Shown piece by piece: positions 37,361-52,240 of a DNA stretch of 64,000 bases. The notes below the pieces were generated by a model. The model saw only the letters and a list, made by a program, of their open reading frames with translations, was not told where the DNA came from and did no database searches. Position numbers and translations under genes: made by a program. Source of the DNA: Chiloscyllium plagiosum. Its lineage: Eukaryota. Every line of letters starts with the position of its first letter. Positions within the stretch are counted from its first letter, which is position 1. The stretch lies in contig NC_057719.1 in assembly GCF_004010195.1 (NCBI RefSeq), positions 63,760,602 through 63,824,601 of the forward strand. The letters are read 5' to 3'.

Positions 37361-40300
37361 AAGAACTTAGTAATATATAAACCCTCAGCTCAGATTGTTA
37401 GATGGACATTGATTATAAAATCTATCAGGTCTAATATGGAATCAAAGAACAATTAGAGTAGAATGGGCCATTTGGCCTCAATTCCATGCTAGTTGTCTGC
37501 AAGAGAAATCTAAGTAAAGGTATATGCAGTACCTTCTCCACAGCCCTGCATTTTCCCCCTTCATGTACTTCACTCATTTCCTTTAGAAAGTTTTGATTGA
37601 ATCTGCCTTGACTACTGTTTCAGACAATGTCTTCCAGATCCGAGTATGTAAGCAAGACTTTTTTTAAATATTGTATTTGGTTATTTTGCCCATTCCTTTA
37701 ATTGGTGTCCTCTGGTTTTAAATGCTTCTATAAATTGGACAATGACCCTCTACTCTCTCTACCTAAACCTATCATAATTTTGAACAACCTTGTGAAATCT
37801 CCTCTTAAACATCTCTGCTCTAAGGAAGGAAATCTGCCTTCCTTACTTAAAGTACTACATGTGACTGCAGAACCACCATGTGGTTGATTCATAACTGCCC
37901 TCTGAAATGGCCTCAGGAGTCAATCAATACAAAGGTAATTGGGGATTGGCAACAAATACCAGCCTCACTAGCACCATTCACATCCCCTGTAAAAATATGT
38001 TCTATATTCAGTCTGGTTCTCTCTCAAATTATCAACTTGACAATAGTCTATACAACACCTTTACCTGGTTCATCTTGCATTTTTCATGATCCAGGAACCA
38101 CTGGTTCGGCTGACTTATTTTTTATTTTTGCAGAAATATAAGTAGATTGCTTACAAACCAGATCCTCTTTAAATGCTGCCTCCTCTTTAAAGCTTTGTTA
38201 CATATTTTAGCAGTCTATCTTTGATTCCAATTTTCTGGGTCAAATCCAGTCTCAATACTTTGAAACTTGTCCTTTTCCAAACAACCTCAAGATAGTGTGT
38301 TTGAAAAATGTGTACACTTGTGTAGAAGTTGAGTTCCTGAGACTAAATCTTTAATTAAAAATGTAGGGAATTGACTCTTACATGAGTAGCATTCTGGAGA
38401 GGTTGAAATCCACATCCAAGCATTGCTTTGCTGTCGCAGTGATTCAAAGGTGGGAAATGCAAAGAGTTTGGAGTTTTAGAGGTTGACCAATACATTATGA
38501 AAGGTGAGAGAGTGTATAGCCATAAGTCAGGGTTGACTTTTACATATAAGGGAACATTACTCATGCATATACAGCACATACAGTAGAGATCATTTGCTTC
38601 TCAATGTTCACTGCTGTCACATTGTATATTCGCAAGTTTAACTCAAGCTGTTTTAAAAGGCTAGCTATCACTTCACAGTTTCATTTTCACATTCTATTCT
38701 GTAACAATCATATAGACCACATTGCAAGTACTGAAACACTCAATCTTAAACTAGGAAAAAGTCTCACCATGAAGGACTGTTTTGAGTCTAGGCTTAAATT
38801 TGAAACAATAATGCAGTGATTTTATCATTTAACAGTTGATTCCTGAGAATGTAATTAAAAGACCTTTCATATTGGAAAGAGAAACTAATCAACTAACAAT
38901 TAACTCAATGTTCTGTTTATCAAATTAGTATTTTCAAATACATTGTGTCCATAAGAGATATAAAAGATGTATAACTTATTTGAAAACCTCATGGTAACTG
39001 GAAGAGGAGAAGCTTCCTCCAAATCTTGGTTTGGAGATAATTCTTCAGTGAGAGTTGAGAGATTCTTTTGATCAACAATTCACTATGATAAAGATTTTTC
39101 TTTGATTCATGAGTGAAAGGGGCAAGTTTTTAAAATGTAAATAACTACTTCCAGAAGCCAACAACTGAGAAAGGGCAAAATTGGGACTGTTGGTTTGAAA
39201 TAAATTTGATGAAACTTAAGAGGGAATCCTATCTTCAAAAGAATGTATTGGTAGCTCTACCATTCTTTCTTGGTGAGTGAATACATCAGAAAGACTTCTT
39301 TCACGTGCCATCTGAAGATGGCCTCACCGAAATTAACGTCAGTGTAGATTTGAAGCATCCTGAAATTTTCTCAATAGGTTGCAGGAGATTCAAAGTCTAT
39401 GAGGAAAAACATGAAACCAATCAATTCATCAAGAGATCTAATACAAGAATGTGTCAACAAAGGCATGAAGAAGAGTGAGGAATGAAATCCTGAAGTGTAT
39501 TCACGTTTGCAACTGAATGAAAAAAGAGGCATTGTTCTGGACTTGGTTCTGGCGAATGTGCTGAGTCAAGTGTGTCAGTAGGTGAACTTGTATGAAACAG
39601 CTGATCATAGTATCATGGGCGCATTGCCACTTGCAAGATTCCATCTAAGGCACTCCCCATCCTGATGTGGAAATATATCACTGGGTCAAAATCATGGAAC
39701 TCCCTCCTGAACAGCATTGTGGATGTCTACATCAAATGGAGTGGAGTGTTTCAAGAAGTTATCACCTCCCTTTCTCAAGGGTGATGGACAATGAATGCTC
39801 GCCCAGCACGTATTCATGTATATGAATAAAAAGAATGTTCGTGCAGAAAAAGGCTGAGTGCAATCAAGAATACTTGATTGTGGATTTCATACTTAGATTT
39901 CACGTCCATGTTAGTTGATATCTACTAATCCCTTGAAATTAGGTAAACTGGGTACATCATTTGAAATGCACAACAATTAGTTCATGTGCAGAATAGCCTC
40001 CTCCCCTCAGCTTATCGTTTAAAAACAATTTGCTGTTGTTTGAGTCTGTGTTCATCAAGAACATATGCTTGGTCTGTACATGACAATATTGTCAATGCAT
40101 GATATAAAAAGATCTATTAATACTCTCTACTACATTGTCACCATCCTGTGTTATCTTTTGGGATCATTTCATGTTTGAATGTTGCTGAGTGAAAACTTGT
40201 AAGTTCACAGGGAAGTTGCTCATAAGGAATTTTAATTTGACAGCAAAAGCATGACTGAAAGACTGAAACCCTGTGTGAACCTCAAACTGTTTCATTTATG

Positions 40301-41029
40301 TGTTGAGTCCCCAAAAGAAAATTAAAATTACATTTAGAACAGAATAAAAGTAAATATAAGTACACCTCTTTCGGAGTATCTGAAGGAATGCTTACTGTTA
40401 TAAGAGGAAACCTCTTTAGAATTGCCAGCTCAATTTATTGCACCTACAAACCTAGTGCTTCCATTGTAAAATGCTTCCTCTCTAAATTTACTCTTGGACT
40501 AATTCATTAGTTCACCAAACCAACAAACACATTTCTCCTGTCCTGGGGAAAAATATTTAATAATCCTGTCAGATGCAGTCTTAACGTCCAACCTCGAACG
40601 AAGGCTGGCTTTAAAGTCAAGTTGCAAGATTGAATAAATTGCATTTATAAGTACACTGCTTAATATTGCAGATAATAAAGTGAAATCTCTGCCATTGAAG
40701 CTTCTGGATAACTCTGGGTGATGTTCCCCCTTTTTCTGTCTTTTAATGCTAGCCTTTATCACAGCTCCCAGGACTTAAGTATTGCCTCACTGGCTAAAAA
40801 TATCCTGCTGGAGGCAAAAAACCACATTGCAGTTGCAGATCAGATAGATTCTTGATAAGTAAGGAAGCAAAGGGATTTTTATGGGGAGGCAGGAGTATAG
40901 AATAATCTGATCAGCCATGATCATGTTGAACGGCAGAGTACGTTTGGGGGGGCAGAGTGGCCTATATCTACTCCTAGCATCTATGTTCATATTACTTATT
41001 GGAAGATCCTAAGATGCAGTATGGAAGGA

Positions 41030-42560
41030 AATGTGATACTGAGCCACAAATGAAGAAATCAGATCATACGACCAAAAGCTTCATCAATGATACAGATTTT
41101 AAGGGACACCTTAAAGCAGGAAAGTGAGGTAAAGTAGCAAAGAGGTATAACAAGAACATTTCTGAGCTTGGGGCTGAGGCAGTTGAAGGCAAGGCCACCA
41201 ATGTTGAAATAATTAAAACCGGGGATGCACAAGAATCCAAACTTAGATGTTCAGATCTATCTTTGGAGTCGGCGGGTGAGGGGTTGAGTTTGAAGCTGGA
41301 AGAGGCTACAGAGAAAAGGGAGGGGGAGGCCACGGAACAATTTGAAACTAAACGAGAGAATTTCAAAATCAAGACATTGATCTTCTGGGAGTCAAGGGTG
41401 GCAGGGGAACAGGACTTGCTGCAAGTTAAGACATGGGCTTCAGAGTTTTCAGTGACTACGAGTCTGTGGAATAGAAGGTATGGGAAGCCAGTATGGAGTT
41501 CATTGGAATGATCAAGTCTGGAGGTAACAGAAGCACTGATGAGGAATTCAACAGCAGATGAGCTGAAGCAGAGACAAATTCAGGTATTGTTATGGAGCTG
41601 AAAACAGGTGGTCTTCATGAAGTTGGAAGCTCAATTCCGGATCAACTGTGACACCAGTGTTGCAGATAGACCAGCTTGATTTCAGAATATTATCAGGGAG
41701 AGGGATGGGATGGTTAGTTGAGAAACAGAGATTGGAGTGGGATCCAAAAACCGCAGCTTTGTTCTTCTGATTATTTGACTGGGGATATTTCTGCTTCTCT
41801 ACTAGTCAGATAAGCAGCTTCCAAATTTGACATCAGTAGGGAAGTTAAAGAGGTGGTGGTAAGATAGAGATGAATGTAAATAACATTCTGCAATTAAACA
41901 GTGTTGCCAAGAGGAAGCATATCATTGAGAAATAAGAGGTGAAGGACTGATCCTTGGAACAGGTCAAAGGTAATAGGGTGGGAGTGGTAAGAGAAGCCAT
42001 TGTAAGTGATTCTGTGGTAATGATTAGATAGATATGATTGGAGCCAGATGTAAGCACCCCATCCAGCTGGATGATGTTGGGAGGAGGAGGATGAGCATGG
42101 CTATATCAAAGGTTGCAAGTAAAGAAAGGCAAGGATTAACAGTCACGTAGGATGTTGTTTGTGACTTCACTGAGAGCTGTTTCAGTACAGTGGTACGGGG
42201 GTGGGGGGGGCAACCTGATTTCTGTGATTCAAGCATAGAGTTCTGGGAAAGATAGGATTAGATTTGGGAAGCGACAACACATTCAAGGTCTTTGGAGAGG
42301 AAGGGCCGGTTAGAAATGGGATGTTGGTTTACAGATACTGTGTAGACAAGAGTATTTGTTTTACAAGAAGGAGGTGGCATGGCAGATTGAGAGAACCGTG
42401 CGATAACACCTGAAGAAAGTATACTGTTTACAATATCAATCAATATGGAAGTCAGAAAGAGGGAGGTTGGGTAATCGGTTTAGTGAGAATAGAAATGAGG
42501 GAACAGGCAATGTTGGACAAAATGAGCTCAGAGAGGTATTAAGCAAGATAGGAGAGAAAG
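41030..42560 (-). mobile_element. Degraded L2-clade LINE (RT and 3' region)
   Basis: ORF 42258..42443 DIVNSILSSG...HPISNRPFLSKDLECVVASQI and 42024..42236 L.LLATFD.. fit L2 RT motifs (NYRPISNLPFLSK.LE.VV..Q; LDLSAAFD). Confidence 0.8.
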
Positions 42561-45212
42561 ATAAGAGTTTGACCATTAGGACTCGTGGTAAGGAGTGGCA
42601 TGGAGACAGCTGATTAGATTTATGAATCTTTGAGTCAAAGTATTCCTTGAGCTCCTTCCACTTTTTGGTGAAGGCAAAGAAGAGAGATTTTTAAAAGAGA
42701 TATTTTGCAAGAGAGAAAAGAAGCTGGAGGCAATGTTTGCATTCCAGGATGATTCTGGAATAATGAATAGTGTTTTTAACAAATGAGAGAAGAACCCAAT
42801 AGTGTTTAAGAGGTCCAAATTTGGCAATTGTTGGTTAAACCGGTTCTCTGCCATATTCTATTAAAATCTGCATCCCAAGGACTTAATGTGGTGGAGATGA
42901 GGGGCATTTCAAAGGGAATGCCATGAGTGACCAAACGTAATGAGTTTGTTAGGGACTGAGACATCAAAGGTGCAGTTAGGTGCAGTTCAGCAAAGCAGCA
43001 GCCGCATAATTTTTATTTTATTCACTTGTGGGAGATGGTTATCGCTGGCTTGGCCAGAATTTATTGTCCATCCCTAGTTATTCTTGACTGCTGCAGTCCA
43101 TGTGTGGTATTGTCATGAGCAGAGGGCCATTTGGATGTTGAAGTTGGAAGTGAATAAAGGAGAATAAAAGAAGTAGGCAAATGCCATTGAAGTTGAGTTT
43201 ATACATAAATTAAATAACTGGACATCATGTTATAGAATGAAGGTCTGAGGAAGAACATTAAAAGGAGGACAGGGATTATTCTAATTTTAAAAAAAAACAT
43301 TGAATTTGTGGAACCTAGTAGCTGCCTTCAGTATCTAAACTTGTGATGTTTTCTTCCCGCTTGGATGCATGCATAAGTCGTATGCACAACAAAATTGAAG
43401 CGTCCATGGTTCTTTAGAAACCTTTTACTTAGAAAAATGTTTATTTGCACCATGCAATGGAATGAAATCATCCATAACTGTAGCGATTTCAAGTGGACTA
43501 TAAATTGAACAACATCAAATCATTTTTTTACTTGCGTTTTTATTAGATTTCTATCCAGTTAACATTTCATTCTAACAATCTGCCATAATTCATTTGGCTT
43601 TTTGCCTGAAGCCAGTGTATACTGTATCCCTTAGGAGTTATTTTGCAAGGAGAAACAGATTAATGGTGAAACTTGAAGGAAAACCTTCTTTAATTAGAAA
43701 CCTAATTTTCTGCTGCAGCTGCTGAAGAAGCAGCAGTGAATTTAACAGTAGTTTCCATCTCAACCCTGTACAGGCTATTAAAGTTTATTGCTTTATTCTC
43801 TCTATATCTGCATTAGTAACAGGTGAGGCATTAGTTTTCTCTGGACAGCTTTTTGCTTTCTGGAATATAAATAAAGTAGTGTTTTACATAAGCTAAATGC
43901 AGCATAAGAAGATCAAAAAGCATTCTAAGGACTTCAAGACAACTGGCTCAACTCTGGTTAGCTGTGTATTCAGTTCCCTTACTGGCAATATTGGTTTATA
44001 GTAGATATTACGGTTTTTGAGGGTGTAAGCGCTTAGCTTTACTGTAGTTTGGCTAATGTCCTCTTTTAAAAAGCGAGAGACAATTTATCAACACATGATG
44101 CACTGCACTTAACTCACTCCCCTTAAATAATGTAATGTTTGTTGGTATCATTGATATGATTAGTAAGTCAGCTGAATGCTTTTTTGTATTGTTTAAATTT
44201 GGACTCATCATCCTGTGAATCGGAGTCTGATGATAAACATCAATAATCATTTATATTCACTTTAAGCACATTGACAGAAGACTTCAGATTGATGTCATTT
44301 ATCCTCAGGCACAGAGACCTGTTTTTAGACTTTCTACTGTTATCTACTTTTAAAGTTCAGACTGATGTCTCCTCTTCTTGAAAATTAAAATAAAGGCTGT
44401 AAAGAAACTGAATTTTCTTTCTTATTTTTAGCCCATTTCAATAACAGGAATTTGTCACTTCCAACTATGTTATAACTATGAGTGCAATGGCACTCGATAG
44501 GAATAGTCTAACACGCACTGTTTGGTTAGATGCATGATCTCCTTCACAATGATTGTATAGACAACTTGTATAGATATTCCTCAGACTTTTGCAGGATTTG
44601 TACCTACTGCCATACTTCAGACCCGGATTTCTGGATCAGACGTCATGAAATATTTATCATAGGATTCCTAACAACATATTGGAGACCAAGGCTTTCAACA
44701 GACCACCAAGTGGAAGGAAAGGAGACTCCTTCAATGCCCCTTTTTGAGCCTTTCTACCTCTAGCCCTGTTCTACTAAAAGCTTTCTCTTCAGGTGACATG
44801 TGCATTAGGGTTCAGAGGAGGTATTGTGGAGCAGGGAACAGTTTCAGACATGAAGTATTTGGATAAGGGTTGGTTAGCTGCAGCCCTATTGGAGGGAGGA
44901 AAATTCATGTTCAGGTTGGAAGCTTCAACATCATTTTTCTTTACTTGCTTGATTTTGGGGAGGATAGCAGTGAAAAAGTCAAGTGTCAAGATGCATCATG
45001 GCTGAGTCTAAACCTGCCTGGCTCTAACAGCATTTTTCCACAATAATCATTGGCAACCATTGCCAGTAGGAAGCATTCCTTCTTTTCCTGGTAACTGGAC
45101 CATTTGTAATAGCTACGGTACCACTTCAGCAAACAAGGATTGGATAATAAAATAGTGTTCAAATTTTGGAATTTCTGACTGGATGCACTTTCTGTGACTT
45201 CATTGATGGTAG

Positions 45213-45455
45213 CCATGATGTGGAGGTGCCGGTGTGGACTGGGATGGGCAAAGTTAAAAAATCACGCAATACCAGGTTATATTTGTAATTTGTAAAATAG
45301 GTTTATTTGAATGTTCGGAGTGTTGCTCCTTCATCAGGTAGCTATGTCCTATGATCCTGTCCCACTAGTTACCAACGAAGGAACAGCACTCCGAAAGCTT
45401 GTACTTCTAAGTAAATCTGTTGGACTATAACCTGGTGGTATGTAATTTTTAACTT
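45213..45455. mobile_element. Penelope-like inverted-terminal remnant with two decayed hammerhead motifs
   Basis: Same family as 22691-22932: aagttaaaaaatcacgcaataccaggttata ... tataacctggtggtatgtaatttttaactt. Flanked by acttcattgat(g/a)gt at 45197-45210 and 45452-45465. Confidence 0.75.
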
Positions 45456-45464
45456 CATTGATAG

Positions 45465-46105
45465 TGTTATGGACCAGACCAAACATCTCAAAATATATTT
45501 AGAGGATAGCCTAGACCTCAATGATTTCTTTTCTTTTAAAGGCAAAATTTTTAAAGGTGTTGTGTTCCAGGTGCAATTTGATTAGTTAAACTACCAGGCT
45601 TGAAGCAAAACGCACTTTATTCTTACACTATAGTTAAAATACAAACAAAAGAAAGAAGCATTGGAGTAATTTATCTCTACTGTAAAACTTAGCAGAATAA
45701 TAGATTATTTAACTATTAAACAAAAACTGTTCTAATACAGTAACATCCCATAAACACACCCTTGACAAAAGAAAATTCAGTAATATAGGTTGCCTCACAT
45801 GCAATTCTAACAGCATGGAGAGAACCCAACAAACTGCAACAGAAAGAAGAATAACAGTTTCCACATCCAGTTTCAAGAACCCAGTAACTCCTGAAAGTCA
45901 AACTCAAATTCTGGTTCTGTGGGAATTTGACCTCACCTCTTCATGCTGCTTCTGTTGTTGCAACTTTCAAAAAGAACCGCAAGGCCTCACAGCTGTTAAC
46001 TTCATTGGTTGGGAACAGACTGCTCACCACCTCTGTCTCAAACTCCCTTCATTTAAAAAAAAAGCCAGGACAAAATACACCTGTTAAAGCCATAGTATCA
46101 TCACA
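45465..46105. mobile_element. Probable solo LTR (641 bp, TG...CA)
   Basis: Starts tgttatgg and ends tcatcaca (imperfect terminal inverted repeat, 6/8); 4-bp flanks atag (45461-45464) and atgg (46106-46109); no coding capacity. Confidence 0.62.
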
Positions 46106-46116
46106 ATGGTGTTTGA

Positions 46117-46281
<165 letters not shown>

Positions 46282-46326
46282 TGAACAGCTTTTATTATGT
46301 CTGTCCTGTATTTTAACTCTTTACAG

Positions 46327-46382
46327 CTGCTGATGGCCCTGGTGATCGATTCATTATTGGTGAATCACAGGCTGGCGAGCAG
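46327..46382 (+). CDS. GPHN: Gephyrin coding exon (56 nt), E domain
   Basis: Acceptor ttttaactctttacAG, donor cag|GTgagt. Encodes (A)ADGPGDRFIIGESQAGEQ. Confidence 0.97.
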
Positions 46383-47173
46383 GTGAGTATTGATGCTCAG
46401 AAGGGCATCTGTCCTTGCTGCAAAACCCAGAACCATACACTTTCCACCCTCATAATCTCTATCCTCTGAAAGCCCTTCCACCATCCCTTACCTCTGGCCT
46501 GTGTCGCTTCATGATTATTGATCTCCAGTGTGTGTCAGCTGAGCAACAGGCCACGATCTCTGCTGCTGAGCAAAAGCAGAGCCAGATTCTGCAAAACAAT
46601 CCTAAGATGGGCTAGGTCTTGATCCCACAAAAGACCAAGCTCTCTGGCATCTAATACTAGTGGACCTGCTGACAGAAGGGAACATAGCTCTCTCTCTAGC
46701 TGTTAGCTGTAAGTCCTGTTGCCTCTATAAAACTGCCCAATGTATACTTGTTTAACATCACACTTCTCCATTGTAATGAACAAAACCTCTGTGCATTTTA
46801 ATTTTTGTTCTGTTTTGTTTGTTATGTTTCAGTTTCTGCATTAATCCCATGTGTATGTCCCAATGATTTAAAAGATAAAGTCTCTAAAAGATAAAGTCAG
46901 AAGTAAAAGCAATCTGTGGTTTTACTTTGTGGCTTACAGTCAATGCGAATACTTCAGTGTGATTGGTTGCTTCTCCACCTGATCCCTTTCATGCCCAACC
47001 AAACAGGCCCTGGGAAGAGGAAATACCAAGACACAGAGATTGTTAAATCTTTGTAGGCTGTTTTCTTTTCAATCAGTGGCAAGAAATTCACTGCTGACCA
47101 TAAAATCTGCCCTTTTTTGTGCATCTTATATTTGCTCATTATTATTTGCTCACTCTAAGCTTTCGAAGTTTGA

Positions 47174-47353
<180 letters not shown>

Positions 47354-48039
47354 TGAAGATTTCATTTCTGTTCAAGTATGTGGAACCGGTAGAAAAATAT
47401 TGGTAAAGGATTCAAGGATTCTTTGATTTACAAAATCTTTTCAGTTGAGGATTAGGATAGATTTTCAATATTGTTATGTTCATTTCATATTGATATTCTT
47501 TATGTATGCAGCATGATGTACTTCTAATCATGGTAAGTTCATAGATAGCTGTTAAACTTCTTTATTAGGCACCATGAACAGTGCTTACATTTTAGTAGCC
47601 AGTCAAGCTTATGATTCCTTTTTCTTATTAGGAAACATGCACACATGCCTACAAATATATTTTTTTTTCGGTGTGTTGTAGTTTGTTCCATTCAGTAAGT
47701 TCCATAAAATATATGTTTCAATTTTTTGTGTCCATTTGTTTTATTTTAATGTAACACTATATGACAGCAGAAAGAATGCCGCATGTTAATTTCTAGCATA
47801 GAGATCAATTTCACTGTATTATCTCATTTATTCTCTGGACGTTGCTGTCAACGTCTACAATGCAATGTATCTGATCATTACAGAGAAATCAAAAGCCATA
47901 ATGTATGGCTAAAAATTACAGCTCACTGAGAGCTCCACATGCCGCATTCCAGAATGTCATTGAGAGCTCATCAATAATGCTTTACGAATAACAAGATATG
48001 GTGATACTTGTGGCTCACATTACAGTTTATTTTATGCAG

Positions 48040-48098
48040 GGCACAGAAGAGCTGGAAGTAAGGATTCTGACACAAGCCCGTCCAGGCCAGGACATCAG
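48040..48098 (+). CDS. GPHN: Gephyrin coding exon (59 nt), E domain
   Basis: Acceptor tttattttatgcAG, donor cag|GTcagt. Encodes GTEELEVRILTQARPGQDI(R). Confidence 0.97.
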
Positions 48099-48710
48099 GT
48101 CAGTGTCTGTGTTCGATGAAAGTTCCCACATTTAGTAAAGGCAGAGCACAATTGTGAAGCGCTGACTGTAAACGAGTGGGATGTTCTATAGCTAAGTCAT
48201 AACAGAGTTTGGTTTCTTCATAAATTGCTCACTGCACAGGCATAAACTGCAGAATGGACATAAACTGGCAGAGTGGACATAAACTGGCAGTCCACTTAAC
48301 TTCTATCTATATATTCTTCCACCGGATTTAGGCTTCATTGGAAAGGACAGAATTTGTTGCTCATTCCTGATCACGCTTGAACTGAATTGCTTGCTAGATC
48401 ATTTCAGAGGTTGTTAGGAGTCAACCACATTACTGAGAGTGTGGATTCACATATAAGCCAAGCCAGGTAAGGAAGCAGATTTCCTTCCCTGAATAATGTT
48501 AGCAGACCAGTTAGTCTCACGGTCAAAGTTACTAAGAATAGCTTACAATCCAGAATTTTTTGTAAGTGAATTTAAATTGCACCAGCTGCTACGGCTCTCG
48601 GGCATTAGCCTGGGCCTCTGGATTACTGGTCTAGTGAGATTGCTGCTTTATTATCAGGATCCCTAAACATGTAATGGCACTAACATAATAAGGCCATAAA
48701 ACCTAATTAG

Positions 48711-49830
48711 GAACATAGGAACATAAGTAGGCCATTCAGCCCCTCACGCCTGATCCATGAGATCATGGTTGATCTGTAACCTAACTCTATTTACCTGCAT
48801 TTGGTATCTGTCTCTTAATACCTTTGCTTAACAAAAATGTATCTATCTCAGATTTAAAATTAATAACTGATCCAGCATCCATTGCTATTTTGGTAGAGTT
48901 CCAAACATCTAAAATCTTGTGTGTAGAAGTGCTTCCTAACATCTCTCCTGAACGTTCTGGCCCTATTTATCAAAGTATGCACCCTGGTTCTAGAATCCGC
49001 AGCCAGTAAAAATATTTTATCTTTGTTTTCTCTGTCTTTTCCTGTTAATATCTTGAAGACTTCAGTTAGATCGCCACTTAACCTTTGAAATTCTCAGGAA
49101 ATAGGGTATAATTTGTAGAATTTCTCCTCATAACGTAATCCCTGAAGTTCAGGTATCATTCTTGTAATCCTCTATTGTACTCCCTTCAAGGCCAATATAT
49201 CTTTCCTAAGATGTGGTGCCCAGATCTGCTGTAGTAAACCAAATAGGGTCTAAACACGATTTAGTATAGCTCCTGCATTCTTGTACTCCAGTCCTCTAGA
49301 CATAAAGACTAGCATTCCATTAGACTTCTTGATCTTTGGCTGAACTTGTTTGTGAATAACTGAATCTCTTTGGACATATACTATATTTAACTTGATACTA
49401 TCTCGAAGGTACCCTGATCCAGCCTTTTTCAGTCCAAATTGGAGATTGTTACACTTGCTTACAATGAACTCCATCTGTACTGTTTTGCCCATTCACAGTC
49501 TATCATTACCCCTTTATAATTTTATGCTATCATCTACATTGTCTACAGTGCCACCTAACTTTGTGTCATCAGTAAATTTGGATATATGATTTTCTATGCC
49601 ATTATCCAAATCATGAATAAACAGTGTGAATATTTGAGGACCTAGCACACATCCTTGAGGGACATCACTGGTTACATCCTACCAATTTGAGTACCAATTT
49701 ACTTTCTGTCACCTGTCACTCAATCAATTTCCCAGCCACATCAGTAATTTGTCATTGATTCCGCGGGCTTCTACTTTAGTTAACAGGCTCTCATGTGGAA
49801 CTTTATCAGATGCCTTCTGGAAGTACAGGT
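48711..49830 (-). mobile_element. Degraded CR1 LINE (RT C-terminal half and 3' UTR)
   Basis: ORF 49724..49942 YLYFQKASDKVPH.SLL.KV...GI...LL.WL.N; minus strand [12 protein letters not shown] near 49550-49585; 3' tail gaacataggaacataag. Confidence 0.85.
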
Positions 49831-50406
49831 AAAGCAGAAACATTAATTTGTGATTGAATAAAATGTCATCTTCAATTACATTACTTAAAGACTCATAGCC
49901 CCTTAAAGAGGAATTAACCTTACACATGTTTTTGGAATACAACAGCAGTTTGCTTGCAGCATGATATCTGTCATGGCTACTTGAGAGTAGTTCAGTGCTG
50001 CATTATGTTGCTAGCAAAGTAATGGAATATTGTTTGAAATAAGACAATACAGGCAATGGATGGCAGTACAGAGAGGGAATGTCCCCATCAGTTGCAGAAA
50101 GAAATTCGGTCAAGATCATGACAAGGTTTTGCAGATTCAGTTGAACATTTCAAGAATACCGTACACTAAATAAAATTGTTCTCATGCTGTGTCAAACAAG
50201 ATGGCTTTCATTTATTAATGAGTTGAATCATCTCAAACATTTCATAAATAGACATCTGGAACATGCGGTCTAAGGAGAAGTGGCAAAGTCTTGGTCAGAC
50301 TGAGGTTATTAAATTCACAATTAGATTCTAGGTCTTGCCTAGAATCTAATTGCTTAGTGCATGCACATATTATCACACCTTAGTATATTGAAGATTGTAT
50401 TGAGTG

Positions 50407-50810
50407 TTTTGTTCCTTATTAGAACTCTTATGGTGCAGTAGTAGTGTCCCTTCCTCTGAGCCCCAACGTATGGGATCACATCACATCTTCAGTGTGTCAT
50501 AATATATCTGAACAGATTGATTTTTAAAAAATGGAAATAATATTTTATTCCTTACAAGGGTTCTTATGACATATTGTTAGTGTCCCCAATCTCTGGATTA
50601 GGAGACTTGGATTCAAGTTCCATCACTCAAGAGGTACATAAAAACATTTCTGAACAAGTTGACAATAAAATAACTGCATTTTGTTCCTTACAATGTAACT
50701 TGTGATATGGTGAGTCTGTCCCTACCCTGAGCCAAGAGACCTGCAATCAAGAGGTGTGTAATAACATCTCTGAACACGTTAGTTAGCTAATATTTATGTT
50801 TTGTTCATTG
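50407..50810 (+). repeat. Tandem array of three short tRNA-like SINE units separated by a 12-bp motif
   Basis: ttttgttcctta or close variants at 50407, 50543, 50679 and 50799. Each unit carries gtgtccc..ctg..ttcaag..cataa.at.tctgaaca..tt, as in the copies at 12385 and 19750. Confidence 0.75.
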
Positions 50811-51913
50811 TGGTTACCATGCACACAAGAACCAGCATAGAAAGTCTGATAAAAAAGAGATTATAAAGAATCCATGTTTTACAACTTTAGTAATTTTAAT
50901 TCTCAATTACTCTGGCTGAATATATAGCTGTTTCAATACCAAGAATTGCACAGCACCCATCATGAGTTGTTTCTTAATAATGTCATTATTCTTCAAGGAG
51001 ACAACCTTTGGTAGACAGGAATGCTAAAGAAGTGGAAATAAGTCAGGTGCCAGTTCAGGATTAGAAAGACATTTTGCTTATTTTCAATCTCATCCTACTT
51101 GGCTCATGCCAACTGCTTGCAAGCAATTTCATGAAACTCACACGAGTCCTGCAGGAAGTGACATTACTTTGCAATCCATTCAAACTGCTCTTCCTTTTTC
51201 TTTCCTCTTCATGAGCTAGAAGAACTGGAGCCAGATATTATTAGATCTGGTCCTGCTATACCTTCTGATCACTTGCTCTAGTCTTTGCATCCTAAGTTAA
51301 AGATACCCACACACTAAGGATTGCAGATTGGGGCAGGGGGTGTTGAGAGGCACCTCACAAGTTAGCTAGAATACAACAAGAAACATTATTAACTGGAAAG
51401 TCAAATATGTTTCCTGTGGGATGAAGACCCAAGGGATCCAAATGATGAGAACATGCAGATGAAGAAGCATGTTTGGAAAGCATTATTCTGGAGATTCACC
51501 TATTGCTGTTGGAACTTAGCATTCTTGCATTCTAGCTACTTGGTTTGGAGTCAGAGAAGCACAAGGCTGGACTTAGAGTTTGTACTTCATACACTAATAC
51601 TGAAAAGGAACATTTGTATTTATACAGGGAATTGCATGACTATATATTGTCTCAAAGTGTTTTAACTGAAGTGTAAGCACTTGTAATGTTGCAAACGTAG
51701 CAACTAGTTAAGGCACAGCGAATTCCCACAACAGTGAAGTGACTATGGTGGTGTTTATTGAGGGATAAATAATACTCAAGGGAACTGTAAGAAAGCATTA
51801 GTTCAGAAGCACAAGGCAAGTGTGTGGCGTGGATATTCGGCGAATTTATGGATGGGTCAATGTTTCTGTTTTGCATTATTCCTGGAAGGTTTTAGAAGTT
51901 CAGGACATCAAAT

Positions 51914-52240
51914 GGGGAGGTAGTGGCCTAGTGGTATCATGACCAGAAATCTAAGTAATGTCCTGTGTTCAAATCTCGCCATGGCAGATGCTGGAATTTG
52001 AATTCAATAAAAATCTGGAATTACGAGTTTTGTGATGATCATGAAACCATTGCTGATTGTCAGAAAAACCTATCTAGTTCATGAATCCTTTAGGGAAGGA
52101 ATCTGTCGTTCCTATCTGCTCTGCCCAACATGTGACTCCAGACCCATAGCAGTATGATTGACTCTTAACTTGCCCTCTGGGTCATTTTGGTTGGCAATAA
52201 TTCAGTGACACCCATATCTTACAAATGAATTTTTTAAGAA
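51914..52240 (+). mobile_element. tRNA-derived SINE (second shark family)
   Basis: ggggaggtagtggcctagtggtatc..gttcaaatctcgccatggcagatg..aataaaaatctggaatt..catgtgactccagaccca. Confidence 0.8.

Noticed and set aside
48239..48298. Short tandem repeat (gcagaRtggacataaactg) about 2.5 times, and a 16-bp duplication near 46869-46899
   Set aside because: Ordinary slippage-type micro-duplications with no evidence of function.
50407..50810. CRISPR-like repeat-spacer array
   Set aside because: The repeats are only 12 bp, the spacers are homologous SINE copies of ~110-125 bp, the context is a vertebrate intron and there are no cas genes.
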